Source: Marsupella aquatica
Taxonomy: Eukaryota > Plantae > Marchantiophyta
DNA length: 64,000 nucleotides
Direction: 5' to 3'
Assembly: GCA_973895155.1 (NCBI GenBank)
Contig: OZ316891.1
Coordinates: 10,975,875-11,039,874 of the forward strand
Shown: positions 14,001 through 27,983 of the stretch, one piece after another
Layout of the letters: every line of letters begins with the position of its first letter
How positions within the stretch are numbered: position 1 is the stretch's first letter
Program-made: the position numbers and the translations under genes
The notes under the pieces: generated by a model
The model's database searches: none
Seen by the model: the letters and a program-made list of their open reading frames with translations, nothing else
Told to the model about the DNA's origin: nothing

Positions 14001-15188
14001 GTCTCTAATCAGTGCCTCAATCGCATGTATGGGGTGCGTGTTCTTCCATCGTCCGTAGACCCTTAATATGTCCAATTTCATGGTTCACCAGTTGCTTGTG
14101 TCGGAAGGAACAAGTACTTTCACTTTCCGACAGTGTGCCAGACTCGTTTTCTACTATTGTTGATAGGCCTCTACCTAGACGTGTGTGACCTTTTCATATA
14201 CTGTCGTCCGAATCTAAGTGCTATGTCCTCCCTTCTAAAGATTTAAGTAAAACAATTCTATGGACTGGTGTTTGTGTAGCCCGACGCAATTATATTTTGA
14301 GCAGTAAGTCTTGAACTAATGGAGCCCAAGATCAGCACATGACGAGTGTTCTATATAATGAAATTATGGTAACAGGGATAATTCTAGAATTTTCGTCGTC
14401 TTACAAGATTGAGTGAGATTCGGGGTAAAGAATGTCCATGCTTGACACAGCACAAATGGATCAAATAGAGCTCAAGAGTCAGGAGTGTAGCAAATACCTC
14501 ATATACCTTTTGCCTCAACAGGTGACGATCCTAAGGTGCTGGATTTAAATATAATGTGTGAAAGTTGATAGCTGGTTGTCACCCTACCAAGGAAGCTGGT
14601 GAACAAACTTTTGGAGGGAGCAAAGCACGCTTACGGAACCACTGATAACTTAGTTGTGGCGGATTGATAATTGTGAGAGGCAACTGGTCCGTCTCCTATT
14701 GTTGCGTTGCAACACTCTCGTGCATCTTAGTCGGGATTTTGGGTACCTCGTGCAATGCCTTGGTTATCTTCTGAACCTTTGGTCGATTGCTATGTTAAAA
14801 GTTTGTTCTGTGCCCATCGCGTCTTTCAATTTAAATCGATCGAATCCTTGCATCTTTTCGATCCCGTTAATGCGCTTCTCAGCGAGTCGCATTGTTGATA
14901 TGTTTTGTTAAAACCTGCATTTAAAAAAATAAAAAATAAAAACCTGCATTTTAGTAATCATCAGGGTTTTCTTCCATTCCATGTGGCTCTAATCATCTGG
15001 AGAGGCTCGAAAATGTGTCCAAAAAGAAACATTGAACTAAGTCGTGGCAGTCGTGGCGGTGCTAGTCCAAATTTTGTTTGTTCAGGAGGGATTAATTCAC
15101 GAGCGGATTAACGGCTCGAAGGTGATTTGCTGATGAATTTTACACTGTCTGGTTGTGGGTTGCTGTCTTGGACCTGTATTTGCAACAG

Positions 15189-16621
15189 AGCAGTGGTTGC
15201 GTTGGTGGTTGTGTGAAACCCCCACCTGTAACCACATCGGAAAAGCACAATCGAAAGCAAAAATCACTGAAGAAAGGGGGACGTGGGCATTCGACCCACC
15301 CCCCTAGGAAAGATTGGTGGACTTCAAGTTCCAATGAGATGGACAGTAATTCGACCAATCCTCGTAGCACACAACGAAGCACATCCACAGTAACTACAGT
15401 GAGCACACCCAATCATTCTCAAGAGGGAAGACCAGCTGGAAACAATAACTCCACTTTCGTCAATCATGGTAACTTTTGCCTGCCTTCTCCTTTGTCACGC
15501 TCGGGTTCCGAGTTTCCAGGGCATTCCGCCCTATTTCGTAATTAGTTGACAACTGGAGAAAGAAACATAGTGAATGGATCGTGGTTTCAGAGTAAGATGT
15601 AGCCACTTGAGGTGTTGACGGCTAGGTCTTTGGATGGGGTACATGCTCCATGGAAGCTGGGACTATCTATAGGTCTCAACTGGTCTGGGCAGTCGATCGA
15701 TTGGGTGATCAGACTGGTGTTAAGTAGGCTGAAACGGGGATATCTGTTGTGTTGACGGTGAGAAGTTGGTGCATAGCTCTAGCTTGGTCGCGGTAACCGG
15801 AGAAATTTATTGGCGGATGGTTAGTTTGTAGTTTGATTGTGTCCGTACAACTAGATATCTCGTTTGACGTGAGCAATGCGACAATTTGTGAGGATTTATT
15901 CTGGGGATGATAATGGTTTTGTGCAGCCTTGATGCTCTGGAATGAGAGAAGAAGAGAATGGGTCGGTAACCGGCCTCGTCATCGGTCCAACCAAGCACGA
16001 GAGCCTGTGATTAGGTTAGTCATGCCAAATTATGATCTTTCTGGGTTTTTACCCTTACCTGTCAATGCCAGTTTAGATTTACTGCATTTTTAGGCAGCTT
16101 CCGAATGAACCTTTAACATGTGGGTCAGGCTTTACACGTGCATCTTGTAATTACAGTACACACGTAAGTGCAACAGTAGGAAGTGGATCTAGCAGCAGAG
16201 GTCCTTCAAGTCATTGCCTAGGCTACCTCTTCGGCCTCATTACTCTGTGTGGACGGATGTTCAGCTGGAGTACAACCTACGAAGACTTGCTTGCAACAAG
16301 CCGACCCTTTCCCCAACCCGTCCCACTGCCTGTAAGTCTGGGAGAGATTTGGTCCTAAGGAGATCTGTTTTTCTGGCTGTATGGCTTAGATAGATCATGT
16401 CATCTTGGCTAAAAGTTTGGGGCAGTTTCTTTGGGCTTTTAGATGTAACAGAATCCTGGCTGTCTTCAACGAGCACTGGCTAGCTAGATAAGATAATTAA
16501 ATTCCAAGCTTAAACCTAATTTTTGAAACTCTTAGCTCATAACAGTGTTGGCTATTACTCCCTGCAGGAAATGGTGGATTTCCTGGTCGACGTCTGGGAA
16601 CAGGAAGGTCTTTATGAGTAA
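15189..16621 (+). CDS. DUF4050 (Gag1-like clamp) family protein; exons 15189-15468, 15927-16014, 16265-16331, 16568-16621; start codon lies in an upstream exon (candidate 12811-12894)
   Basis: GCVGGC...DWWTSSSNEMD...FVNHALMLWNERRREWVG...REPVISWSTTYEDLLATSRPFPQPVPLPEMVDFLVDVWEQEGLYE* matches the conserved plant DUF4050 C-terminus; splice phases consistent. Confidence 0.93.
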
Positions 16622-19600
16622 AGTTTTGAGGTTATGTATTTGGGTAAGGGCTGTAACTGCCATGTCCAATTGGACTTGTATTTTGTAACTCTATTCTCGC
16701 TTTAGTAGTTGTGATTGCTTCCTTAGCAGAATATACGACTGGTGGTAGGCTTGGACTGTAGAATTAGCCACACATAGGTCTGAAGTACGGGCAGCTGAGA
16801 GGGGTGTTGGGTGTCAATATTTTGGACTCATCTTCAGGTCATGAGGCATACGTCACTTGTTCGCTTCCACTGTTCGATTGCCATGTGGAAGGCTAGGAAG
16901 TAACTTTAGCTTTTGCTGCTATTGTTGTAAATTATTGCATTGTGCAGCCATCTATTTCCTTGCACAGACGTTGGCCAATTCACAGCGTCCCACAGACCCA
17001 ATTTTTGTAATTATTGGTTTCTATTCTGGATGACGCAGTGTAGAATATGGACCAAATCACCAAACAGTATTGATGTGCAGGACCGTCTCCGGTCCTAGTG
17101 TACTGTTGGATGCGTATCAAGTGCTACTCCATCTCTGCACCTTGGCGCATTGGTCATCTGTGCCAACCCAAAAACACTGGAACTCATTGGAAGTATGAGG
17201 AATAGCAATAGTTTCACGCTGAGCTATTTTTGCATTCCGACCCGCCTCATAATTTGTGTTCGTATCAGGTGGTGTCACATTGTGCTGTTGCCTTTGCTTC
17301 TAACCCAGAGCAAAGTATCTGTCGTAAGGGAAATTAAAGTCTGTTTGTATCATGGTTTTAACAGATCAGCGACCTCTGTGGTAAGGGTCACATTTTGTAA
17401 TGAGGTGAACATAGACCTGGCAGATTTGGGGTTGTGTTCATCTGCCGTGAAGATAGAAGAAACTGCGAAGAAACCTTTTCCCACTGAAAATTGGGGGAAC
17501 TACACCTTAAGAAGTAACAATGTCCTCATTTTCACGAGTAAAATATTGTAGGATCGTATCCTGATTTAAATTGGTGTCGTGGTGCTACTTGAAATGATTG
17601 CCTAGGCATCTGAGAAAACAATTTGAAAAGTATTAGTAACATGTGACGTTTTGGTTGTCCCTGGAAGATTTGCTAAATCCATGTCCGCTGCCGAAGATTT
17701 GGTATCTCTATGCCCGGGATTGCTTCTGAAGATTTGGTAGAGTACAGTGCTACCTCTACTGCAAGTCCACGACATTCGGAGTTGCCCAGAAACTCCACCT
17801 TCGCACTGTAGGGAGTTGGGGAGACATCTCATCCAGAAGTTTGTGAGTCAGATATCAACAACTGGAGTTTGTGAGTCGGATGGTATTCTCTCACTGACTC
17901 TTCAGGAAACTCTGCAGGCGATAAATTCTAGCTGTGTAGAGAAAACGGTCACCAAACAGACTTGACAGAATAGAAACCAATTTAGAAGGACGAAAAGTCA
18001 AAACACATTAGATATTTGAGACTCTAGAGAGGCAAAGAGAGATCTAATGAATATAACTCGCAAAAACTCACTAAGGCAGGTTTTACTATTGTCTTACTGT
18101 GAAATTCCTAGAAATGCAAAGACTTCCAAGTAACATCTCAGATGAATGCCCTTCTGTTTTTCTGCGTGCCATGGCTGGGTCTGGCTTAACATGTGGAAAT
18201 TTGCACTAAAATTGTGCTCCATAAAAATATTCATTGAAGTGAACTTTACTGGGTGATGTGTTCCCTTGGATGGAAAGATGTTATTGGTGTGCCCTAACAA
18301 GTTGCTCTTTCAGAAGATGGCGTGTCCCCTTATGTGAAATGGTAATGTATTATAAGTTCTTGGATCACAAAAATCAAGGGAGAAAAGTGAAAGTGTGATG
18401 CAAATGAATAAGCAATCAATGAAAGATTGCTCATTAGAGGATCAATATGTATTAATCAATTGTTAGTAGAGTTCGTGTGAGTGTGGCTATGATGAGACAG
18501 AGGGAATCGTTAGCACAACAGAAAACTTGAAAGCTTGTTTTTGCACTTTGCTCGTTGGAGTCACCCCGCATCCTTCGAAGTAATCTCTTGTGAAATGGAA
18601 CTCCATTACAAGGTATCACTAAGTCGAGTCAAATTCACTTGCTAGTCATGCGGGACTCCAAGTTTATACACATAGCAGAACCTTACTAATATTGTTCCAC
18701 CTTACTAATGTTGTTCCACATGCCAACCAACATATATTTTCTTTCTCACCATAGTCACATTCACACGAGCTTTACTAGTGTCGGGAGACTCAACTTGGAA
18801 GAATGAGAAACTAATCCTCATTCTCCAAGGTATATCCCCATGGCCCAAAGAGCATGGTAACTTAGATGAACAGGTCATCCCTACCAGGTGACCTACTATA
18901 CCAAATCATCCTCCCAAACCTATAACACACCATGTGCAACCAACAAAGTTGTAACCTAAATATAACATACGACTACATATTCTCTAATATGTACCTTTAA
19001 TAAAGTAAAATAGATCATTAACATTGAAAATTGAGAATATTCTTGAAATATTTTTTTTACAATAGGTGTTTTTATATTAGTCTAGAATTGCACTGGTACC
19101 CCAAAATATACACTAAGATAACCACTCAAGGAAAGCAAGCGGACCAGGTTTTCTATTGCTGAGGATTCTCGCCAAATATATGCTTACTCTTGATTTGGTT
19201 TAACACACTACAAAGAATTAAACAAAATTCTGGCACTAGATTGGCCAAACGCTTCCTTAGGTAAAGCAGCTAGTCACCAGATCTATCAGTTTTGGACTAA
19301 ATCTAGGATTTCAGGAAAGGACAAAAGACAGAGAAAATGCACCAGCAGTTGCCACTTTAGAATAGGATGGTCACTTTTTTGGAAGATGTCTCTAACTAGA
19401 TAAATTTCCCGAAATCAAAGTATATATCCATCTGCTCAACAAAATCAAAATTAGGATCCCAGCCAACAAAGGGGAGAACACATGGGAAAACCCTAGCCTA
19501 TAGGCATAAATAAAAGGACCTACATGGACAAGTATCCTTTTGGGTATCAACCCAACAACCCCATTGCATCAAAACTGAGCTCACCTTGGTCTCACCCCAA

Positions 19601-22057
19601 ATTAGTAAGTGGACCCCTTAGTTACAGACCCCATGAGAGATCCCTTCCAAAATTCCTAGCACCAAAGCGTGTCACATCAACAACAACTGCAACAAACAAG
19701 ACTCATCAGTTTTGTGAATCAAACTTACATTTTTCATTCGTGTTTGCGTCAATTTGGGGGTAAATTTTGGGACGCCATGCCGTAAAAAGAAATGTAAAAA
19801 ATTAGAAATGCAAAATACAAGAGGGGTAAAACTATCACTACGTAACCGTTTTAGTTACGTATCCAATTTTAAAAATTAAATTGAAAGATTTAAAAACAAA
19901 TTCAATAATAAACAATGACTAATAACTAACTTGATAACTTTGTTGATAAAGGGTAATTGGCACCTTGAGTAAGATTCTGGCCTTTAGCAATTAAGGCAAA
20001 CTGCTAGCTATGGTCCAAACTTGAACTCAATGAACTGATACAATTAATTTGATCAGACATTGACCTGATTTCAAATGGACTTGCCACAGATTGAATTCTG
20101 ATTCACTTAGCTTGAGAATTTGGTTGCATGTAGCAAAAAGACTTGATTTTGACAACTGCTTGTGATAACCACACTATAGACTTCGGCTTGCAAAGCAAAG
20201 TGTGGCAGTTGAAGGAAACTGCTGAGACCATCGCTGAATGGGTCCACAACGATTTCGTGAGAAATTCTAATCTAAACAATACAAAGCTAGTGTAAAATCT
20301 GTCCTACTTGTCCAACACAACATGACTACCAGTTCCCTTCCTAATCAGACTTCTCTATTCTCTTCGCTTAAGCTCTGCCCTTCTCCATTTGGTGAATAGT
20401 TGCGTCAAGGTCATGAGGCTATTAACCTCTAATTCAAAACTTGCCAAAGTCGGACTCCAGTGAAATCTCTAGAATTTCCAATTATTTGAAAGTACACTGA
20501 TAAATCTTCTACAAATTAACAGGACTCAGCTACTAGAAAGCTTAGGGTGCGTTGTAGAGAAAAACAATCTTGTCAATTGATCTTGAGAAAGTAGTTTTCT
20601 CAACTCAATTGGGTGCCCATGACACTTTAGTGGTTGAATATAGTGCCATCCAATGCCCAAATCAACTAACTAAAAAAAATTGTGCCTTGGGTTTATTAAT
20701 GTTCTAAAATTAGCTAAAATATCTCATATATCTTAAGTGTTTTAATACTTGCTAGCAGAGCATTATGAACCATATTAGCCTCTCAAAACACAAGCTAAAA
20801 TCCCTCATTTTACAGGTCATTATGAAGACTATTGCAAAATCACATTTGTGTGAGGTAATTTATCCTATATTTTCACTAAAATTTGTAAAACTATCTTAGC
20901 ATAATAACGTGTGTTACGTACCAGATCATTTGGACCATAATAGACTCACACAACTTGAGCTAAAGCTAATATTACATACATTATTTTTACTCAAACAAGG
21001 CCCAAAAAATGTAACTAGGGGGTCCACCAACTAATTATGCTTGCTTCAATGCCTGTAAGGAAATAATACATATTATGTTGTAATTACTTTTTGGTTTAGA
21101 AATAATGAATGGATTGCAAAGTCAATGTTTTGCTCAGAATCTTCATAGATTAGAATCACAAAATTAATTTGCTTCACAAGCACCCTAAAAAAATCCTTAT
21201 TCAGGTATAAAGTTTAAAATTTATTTATTGAACAAACCAGGATGACAATTAATATGGTAGTAAATGTTTGCTGGAAGTAATTTTTCAATTGGTGAAACAT
21301 TGCCAACATCTTCTCTTCTACAGCTCCCGACAAACCCATCCAAAGAAAGATCAACAAAACAGATATTCCTTGTTCCTCGGGCTGGTCCCCCCTCCCCCTT
21401 GTTGCTCGGCCTCTTTCGGTCTCCCTTCCTCTAGGGTTCATGGGTTGCAAAGGAAAAACAAAAAAACCAAAAAAATCTGTCTTTAGCTTTAGTTGGATTT
21501 TCCAGATCTTTGAAGATCTTGTTGCTATCCAGCACTGGCCATACAAAAGGAGAAGTGTCCAAGATTTCTCCCTTTTCACATTTTGTACTCTAGGGTGAGA
21601 ATGTTGAAATCTGATGGATCCAGGTTTTGTCATGGACATTGGTTCCTTAAGATCAAGAATGATGGAAGGATTCAATAATTTTTAAAATACTTATAAATAA
21701 ATATTATACATATCCTAAACTATAATACATTGTTGAGCCCTTTTTTGCAGTAGTCGTCATTCAAATTTGCAGGGTCAAAAAAAATTCAAAAAAATTTAAT
21801 CCTAGCAAACCAAGGAATCAGAGCTATATTAAAGTTAATGTACACCAAAAGTGAATCAACTGCATTCCAAACAAATGGGGAATCAAATGGGACACAAAAA
21901 AGAGGGAGCCAATGCACATGCACCAGTATCAAGTAGATCACTTATCCATACACAAGAAGTACAAAGGTACATTTAATGTATATAATATTTTCTATTATTG
22001 CAGGAACTGCAATATTATTGTATAATATAATAATGATAATAATTTAATTAAAATATC

Positions 22058-22304
22058 CTGGGGTCACTTCCATGGAAGTGACATATTATGTGCGATGAAA
22101 TATAGGACCATTTAAATGGTTTTGGCGGAAAACTTATTAAGTCTTCTATGGAAATATAGGGTTGTTTAATTACAAAATGCATACGTGTCATCACATGATT
22201 GGTGTCGTATAACTTTCTAGAAAGTGACTTAGGGGGGTCATAAATGACGCAAACCATCGCACGTGATGTATGACCCTTCATATAGTGACCCCCCCCCCCC
22301 CGAG
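22058..22304. mobile_element. MITE derived from the same family as the large DNA transposon starting at 45248
   Basis: Imperfect TIRs ctggggtcact...agtgac(c)ngag; first ~110 bp align with 45248-45365; flanked by direct repeat aaaatatc (22050-22057, 22305-22312). Confidence 0.85.
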
Positions 22305-23724
22305 AAAATATCAAAAGCTATTAAAGACTATAATACAAAGTTGTGCATTTTCTTCTATGGTCATCACTCAAAATGGCGAGGCATTTTGGGTGGAAAAAAT
22401 TGACACTAAAAAAGTGGAAACTATAAACAGCAAAAAAAAAAAACTGAGTGCACAAAACGTCCCGCGGTGACCCCGCTTTCCCTCCAGCACCTCTCTGTGG
22501 CGCCCCGACGAGCCCTGACAAGCCCAACCGTGTCGCGGGCTCGCTCCCTCCCCAACAGCCCCGACTACCTTGCTCCCTCCCCCCATGCCCTCGCTCCCTC
22601 CCTTGACAGGCCCCGACAAGCCCACCGTCGGCAACCCTCCATCCTTGCCCCAACTCCCGCTCCCTCTCTTGCCTGCTCCTCGCCTCCGTCTTGCCCCGCC
22701 CTCCCTCACCGCGGCCTTGCCTTGCCTCACCCAAGTCCCTCCTCCTCCTCCAGCCCCGCCCTGCCTTAATGGCGCTGGAGTGCACACTCAGTAAGGAAGA
22801 CCATTGGATTTTAAGGTCAGCGGGTACTAAATTTCAATCGTGGTCAAAGAGTTCTTTACAAGGGGAAGGGTACAAAAATTGTGAATTGTTGTGATTGAGG
22901 TAAGTTGTACATAACACGGTGTAGAAAAAAATTCAGTCAAACCACAGAACATTTAGACTCTATGAACATACATTTTAGAGAGCATTGTTAGCCATAATGC
23001 CCCCAAAACAATGGTTTTAGCGCAAGTTTTGAGAGTTAATATTGCTCATAGTCAGGTAATAGGAAGTTAACACACCTGAAGAGTAAAATATTTTCATTTT
23101 CCTCACTTTAGTAAAAGCAGAGGAGAAATAAAAATGTGGCGATCCATATTTTGAATGTGCATTTTTTTTTATAAATGCCCTGAAATTAATTGTAAAAAGT
23201 AAATTCATGAAGGGCTTAAGCTAGGAAAGTGATAAGAGATAGATTATCTTATTTGAAGGCCATTGTAAAGGCCTATTTTTCCGCATTTTATGTCCAAGAA
23301 AACTATCCATGTGTGCATTGGAGGATATGAACATAGCTCAAAATTTTCACTTTCCATTATGAGAGCCTTTGTAAATGTTTGCAATTAGAAGAAATTAAGG
23401 TCTCATGTTAACTGCTTTTGCTTTTTGTTATCTCTATCAAAACATATAATACACTATTGCACCAAAAAATGGCGTGACCATCATTTGAATTTAACATGAT
23501 GTTTTGTGTGGGAAGTACCAAAACTGTAAAAAGAAAGGAATAAATCTGGAAAAACTGTCCTCCACTTCTCTCCCCGCAACCCTCTCCTCTCGGCCCTCAA
23601 TGCACAGTGGTGCAGCCACGTGTCGCTCTCCTCCCCCCCCCTCCCCGTCGTGCTGCCCTCTTTGGTGTGCTCCTCTCTCCCTCCAAACTCCAAGTACTCT
23701 AAGGAGACAAAAATAACAAAACCT

Positions 23725-24205
23725 CTTAACATCTTAGCTCGCATCTTAGGCACCTCAACATCTTTTTACTTTGCGTCATCTTTGACATAACACCATTGTT
23801 TTACTTGACAACATCTTTGGCATCATGACATCTTTCTACTTCATGACATTTTACATGATACAACATCTTTTGCGCCATGGTATTTTTTTTAATTCTTGAC
23901 ATCTTTTTACTTCACTACATCTTTGGCACCACAACATCTTTTTACTTCACAACATCTTTGACATAACAACATCTTTGGCGCCATGACATCTTTTTATTCA
24001 ATGACATTTCTTTACTTGATGACATCTTTCACATAACGACATCTTTGGTGACAAAACTTCTTTATTTTTAACAATTTTTTTTTTCTTGGCGACATCTTTC
24101 ACATAACGACATCTTGGGTTACACGACATCTGTTTTCTTATCAACATCTTCACATAAGAACATCTTGGGCAAAACGACTTCTCTTTTCTTATCGACATCT
24201 TGACC
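23725..24205. repeat. Degenerate array of ACATCTT(T) motifs, probable TE-derived subterminal/internal array
   Basis: About 20 copies by eye of (g/a)acatctt at ~20-bp spacing, same orientation. Confidence 0.75.
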
Positions 24206-25689
24206 GACACTACAGTTCTTTATAAATAAATATTAGATGGGTCCTACATCCCCTCCTAGACCCATATAGCATTTTCCGGTTCAACTCCCTAAAATAAATC
24301 ATTGATTCTTGGGCAACCCTATAAAAAACTATGGCCATTTGTTTATCACCAAAAGCCATCATCCATAGCCATGAAGCTTTGAAACTCCCTAATATCACGT
24401 CCTTTCGGGAAACAACTCCAGAGCCCCAACCGCATGGAGACCGAACTCAAAACCCGCTCGCCCTCGCCCTCGCCCTCGCTCCCCCTTGTGCGATCAACAG
24501 TTCAGCACACGAGAGAATGTCACGAGCGTCAGGAGCTCACGTGGTCCCTACTCTCTTTTGTGCAATTCAGCAATTCCGCATGGCAGCCTCGTGGTCGCCT
24601 TCTCGCCGCACCACCACTGCAGCAGACAAACAAATTCTTCCCTGGGACTCTGCACGCACTCCTTGAGAATCGCACTCTCGGAACGTGTCGAATCGCCCTT
24701 CCAACAACTCCATGCATGCCGTCCTCGCCCGGGCCTGTGTGGAGCCGTTTCGTGCAGCCTCTTCGGCTCCCCTCCGGCACCGCAACAACGCGATGGAGAG
24801 CGTGCTCCTGCCATCTTTCAGCACCACCACTCGCACAGGCTAAATAACCTTTTAGAGTCTGGTGACGGAATGTTATGTGTTTTCTGTTTTGACCATTTTT
24901 AACCCGTGAATTGAAAAGATTGTGGTCGTTTAGGGTTTGTGATGAAAAGCAATGTTCGCTGTGAGGACGTCCTTTTGAGTGGATTGACGGACTGGGTTTC
25001 CAATTATTGCTCCTGTTGAGATGACGATTATGACTGCTTAGCTGTCCTTCTGGAAAAGATCTCTATAGATCCGACGACGATATGTAGTAGAGAGCCTCGC
25101 TGTGATGGATGGTTGCTCTCGTAGTATTTCATCGATGGAAATTGTCGGATTATGAATTGAGACAATGATTTCAGCGAGTTGAGGAAATCGGATTCTGTCA
25201 ATTGGATCGGATAGGGTTAGGACATTGCCAACGGGACTGTCTTTGATTGAGGATATTGGCAACGTCACTGCTTGAGACGCATGCGTACTGCCGGTTCATC
25301 ACATCGACACGACGAAAATTTCGAATACTGTCATCTCTTTATTCTCTTAATTTAAGGACAAGGACTATGCCAATTGCTTCGTTCGTTTTCGCGTCGTATG
25401 ACGAAATTTTGGGGAAGTTTGGTCCATTGTTTTTACAACACAATTACAATCCTCAGTAAGAAAACATCGATCGATATGGCAGCACAACCTATTTCTGCTG
25501 CCAGTTAATTGGACTTTCGGGAGTTGTTAAGGACTGGGAAGATTTCGGTTATTTTGAAGGCTTAGGGGATGTCAGTTGCATGCACTATTAGACGAGAGAA
25601 AATTAGTCCGTTTGAAGAGTGCATTGTGCCATTTAAATCACCAATTAAGGCGAGAGAATTCTTCCCCAAAAGGAAAAAGTCCAAGTATC

Positions 25690-26571
25690 ATGCTGGGGGA
25701 CAATGATCTCTCCCTTCTTCTTTCGCTCGTGTTCGGATGGGTGGATGGCAAGACCCTCTCAACTTTCTGCTGCGTGTCCAGACAGTGGCTGGGAGTAGCC
25801 AGGCAAGAGCATTTTTGGAAGGATTTCTGCCATGTGCATTGGCCATCGTCAAGCAGTGATAGTGGGATTTCAGCCATCAGAGCTGTAGGGGGGTACCAAA
25901 AGTATTATGCTCTTCGCCTACAGGCCCAAAAGCATGTCTCTGTCCCTCGTCGCAGGATATCGGAACCCAGGCTTGGAATGCAGGACTTTATCATGTTCCT
26001 GGACGTCGTCTACAACGGTACAAGCATCTGCTCGTTTGTCAAGGGAGGGGAGGGACTGGAGCCACTGTACATAGCTCTGAGTGCCAAACAGGGCGTGTTT
26101 AGATTCGGCATGGACTTTCCTGAACGCACATCTGTTCCCTTCCCCACTTCTCTGAATCCAAATCAATCCTCCCCGCCTTTGATCCGAGAGGACTGCAAGG
26201 GGTGGAGGAAAGATCAAGTGAAAGATTTCCAAATCAGCTGGGCTGTAATGGAGAAAAGTACCCACAAGATGTTGCAGCTGTTACAGACTAGCAAAGGGAC
26301 TATGGTGGGGTACACATGCACATTCAAAGGTTGTCTTCCCGGCCACTCTTGTAATCCTTCAGGAGGCACCAATCACATTGTAGAGGTGGACATCATGTGC
26401 AGATGCATCTCTCCCCCGCAGCAGCCTGGTCAGAATATGAGGGACCAGGGAGACTCTTTGATGATCTTACAGCAGTTGAAGTTTGGATTCATGATCTTCC
26501 CGGAGTGGAGATACTTCACTCAGTTACAAGCCTGTCGTTACTTGCAGCACATATTCAATCACGAAATGTAG
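25690..26571 (+). CDS. F-box protein (single long coding exon; ORF open from 25576, an upstream exon is possible)
   Basis: N-terminal LLSLVFGWVDGKTLSTFCCVSRQWLGVARQEHFWKDFCHVHWP is a typical F-box motif followed by GGYQKYY; ~293 aa uninterrupted. Confidence 0.88.
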   Translation: MLGDNDLSLLLSLVFGWVDGKTLSTFCCVSRQWLGVARQEHFWKDFCHVHWPSSSSDSGISAIRAVGGYQKYYALRLQAQKHVSVPRRRISEPRLGMQDFIMFLDVVYNGTSICSFVKGGEGLEPLYIALSAKQGVFRFGMDFPERTSVPFPTSLNPNQSSPPLIREDCKGWRKDQVKDFQISWAVMEKSTHKMLQLLQTSKGTMVGYTCTFKGCLPGHSCNPSGGTNHIVEVDIMCRCISPPQQPGQNMRDQGDSLMILQQLKFGFMIFPEWRYFTQLQACRYLQHIFNHEM

Positions 26572-27983
26572 CCTACCGTGTCCCTGTCCTCGATGCTGAC
26601 CATCGTTCTCTAGATACGTCCATTAGGATAAGCATTTTGTTACGTGCTTTAGTTTATCTCTCTGCATATTATGATCATTCTCCGTTGGGACAAGCATATG
26701 ACCTCCGTTCCTTTGAACCAGAAAGATAAGCAGATTCATACACTAGTAGCACGTCGCTCTCCATTCCTTACAATGAGGACAAGTTAATGGCACTAAGTTG
26801 TAGCTTAACAATATGTCCAATTAACATGTGCTGTTCCGTCGTGTAAATTAATGTACGTGCACTGGTTTAGAATTTGCTCTCTTGGCGTTAGATTAAGTGC
26901 TTTCCATCAATTCCGCTCTCGTCTGTAAATCATGACTCGAGGCTGGGTTGTAGCCTTCTGGGATCCTTTCCTCGCCGGTTGATTGATGATTAGGCTCCTT
27001 TTATTCCCTACAGTACTTCTTCAGCTCTTGTCTTGCGTCACTGCACGTCGATTTTTTCCACATTGTGGCGCAGGTGTTGGTCTCATGGCTTTTGAGAAAA
27101 ATCTGTGTCGAGAATGCGTGTCTCAGCTTCAGTAATCGATATATACCCGTCCCTCCTAAAATCCGAGACAAATATCTCACTTCGAGAAAATGCCAGTGTC
27201 ACTCCAGTAATCGACATCTGTCCCTCATAAAATCCGAGCCCCTCACTTAGTTTCTTCAAGAATTATGACAATAATTCAGATAGGATCTTTGGAAAAGCCA
27301 TGACATCTGGAGGTATCCCACATGGGCGAGACTTCGAAACTCTGTCAGTCTGTCATCTCGTCGTCCAATTCTACAATGAGAATCTTTCACTGGTCAATTG
27401 TGGGTCCAAGTTGCTGCACAGGAGGAGACGAAGCTACAAAACCTCTCATAAACATTTAGTCTGGGCTTGACACACGCCTAGACAGGCAAAACTTAGTCTG
27501 GAATCTCAGTCTTCGTGTGTGGCCTATGTTCATATCCTATCATATCGAACAACATCGCCCCATGATTCCAGAATTTGTGGCACGTTGAACAATATATTAT
27601 CTTCGACAGATAAGGAGCGCTCTGTATGGATTATGGAGCACCAATTTGCCTTCGTACGGGAGCAAATGACGGAACGAGAAAGCGTCACAGCGAGAGCACC
27701 CCCACTCGCAGCCTCACTGTCATGATGCGTCAGCCTCGCTCATCGTGCTCAGGCAGCTCGTCTCGATCATGTGGGTGGATCAGATTTGCTCGCAGAAGAC
27801 AGAAGGATAATATCCTAGCCGATAGGCGATCCGATTACCTCGTCGCAGCAGTGTTTATTGGCTGCTCGATTCATCGGGAGGGGTAGTACAGTCTTAAACA
27901 GCAGCTGCAAGATTTTAGTTTGGGCTGGGAGCGATGACATGATTGATATGAAAACCTAGTAATTGGCAACTTCATTTTAAACC

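Noticed and set aside
17150-17965. Possible retroelement or gene remnant
   Set aside because: No gag/pol or other motif recognised in the frames read
18555-18661. Short inverted repeat ttggagtc..ccgcat / atgcgggactccaa
   Set aside because: Arms only ~14 bp with an unpaired interior; insufficient for a miRNA or MITE call
19206-19216. cactacaaag as a CACTA terminus
   Set aside because: No matching opposite TIR with 3-bp TSD or subterminal repeats identified
22321-22894. Cluster of overlapping Gly/Pro/Arg-rich ORFs
   Set aside because: Artefact of a GC-rich low-complexity tract with ccccgac repeats; no domain recognised
24434-26730. Neighbouring F-box gene as a cis target of miR536
   Set aside because: No site resembling gttgcacacagcttggcacg found by eye in the CDS or upstream region; proximity alone is not evidence
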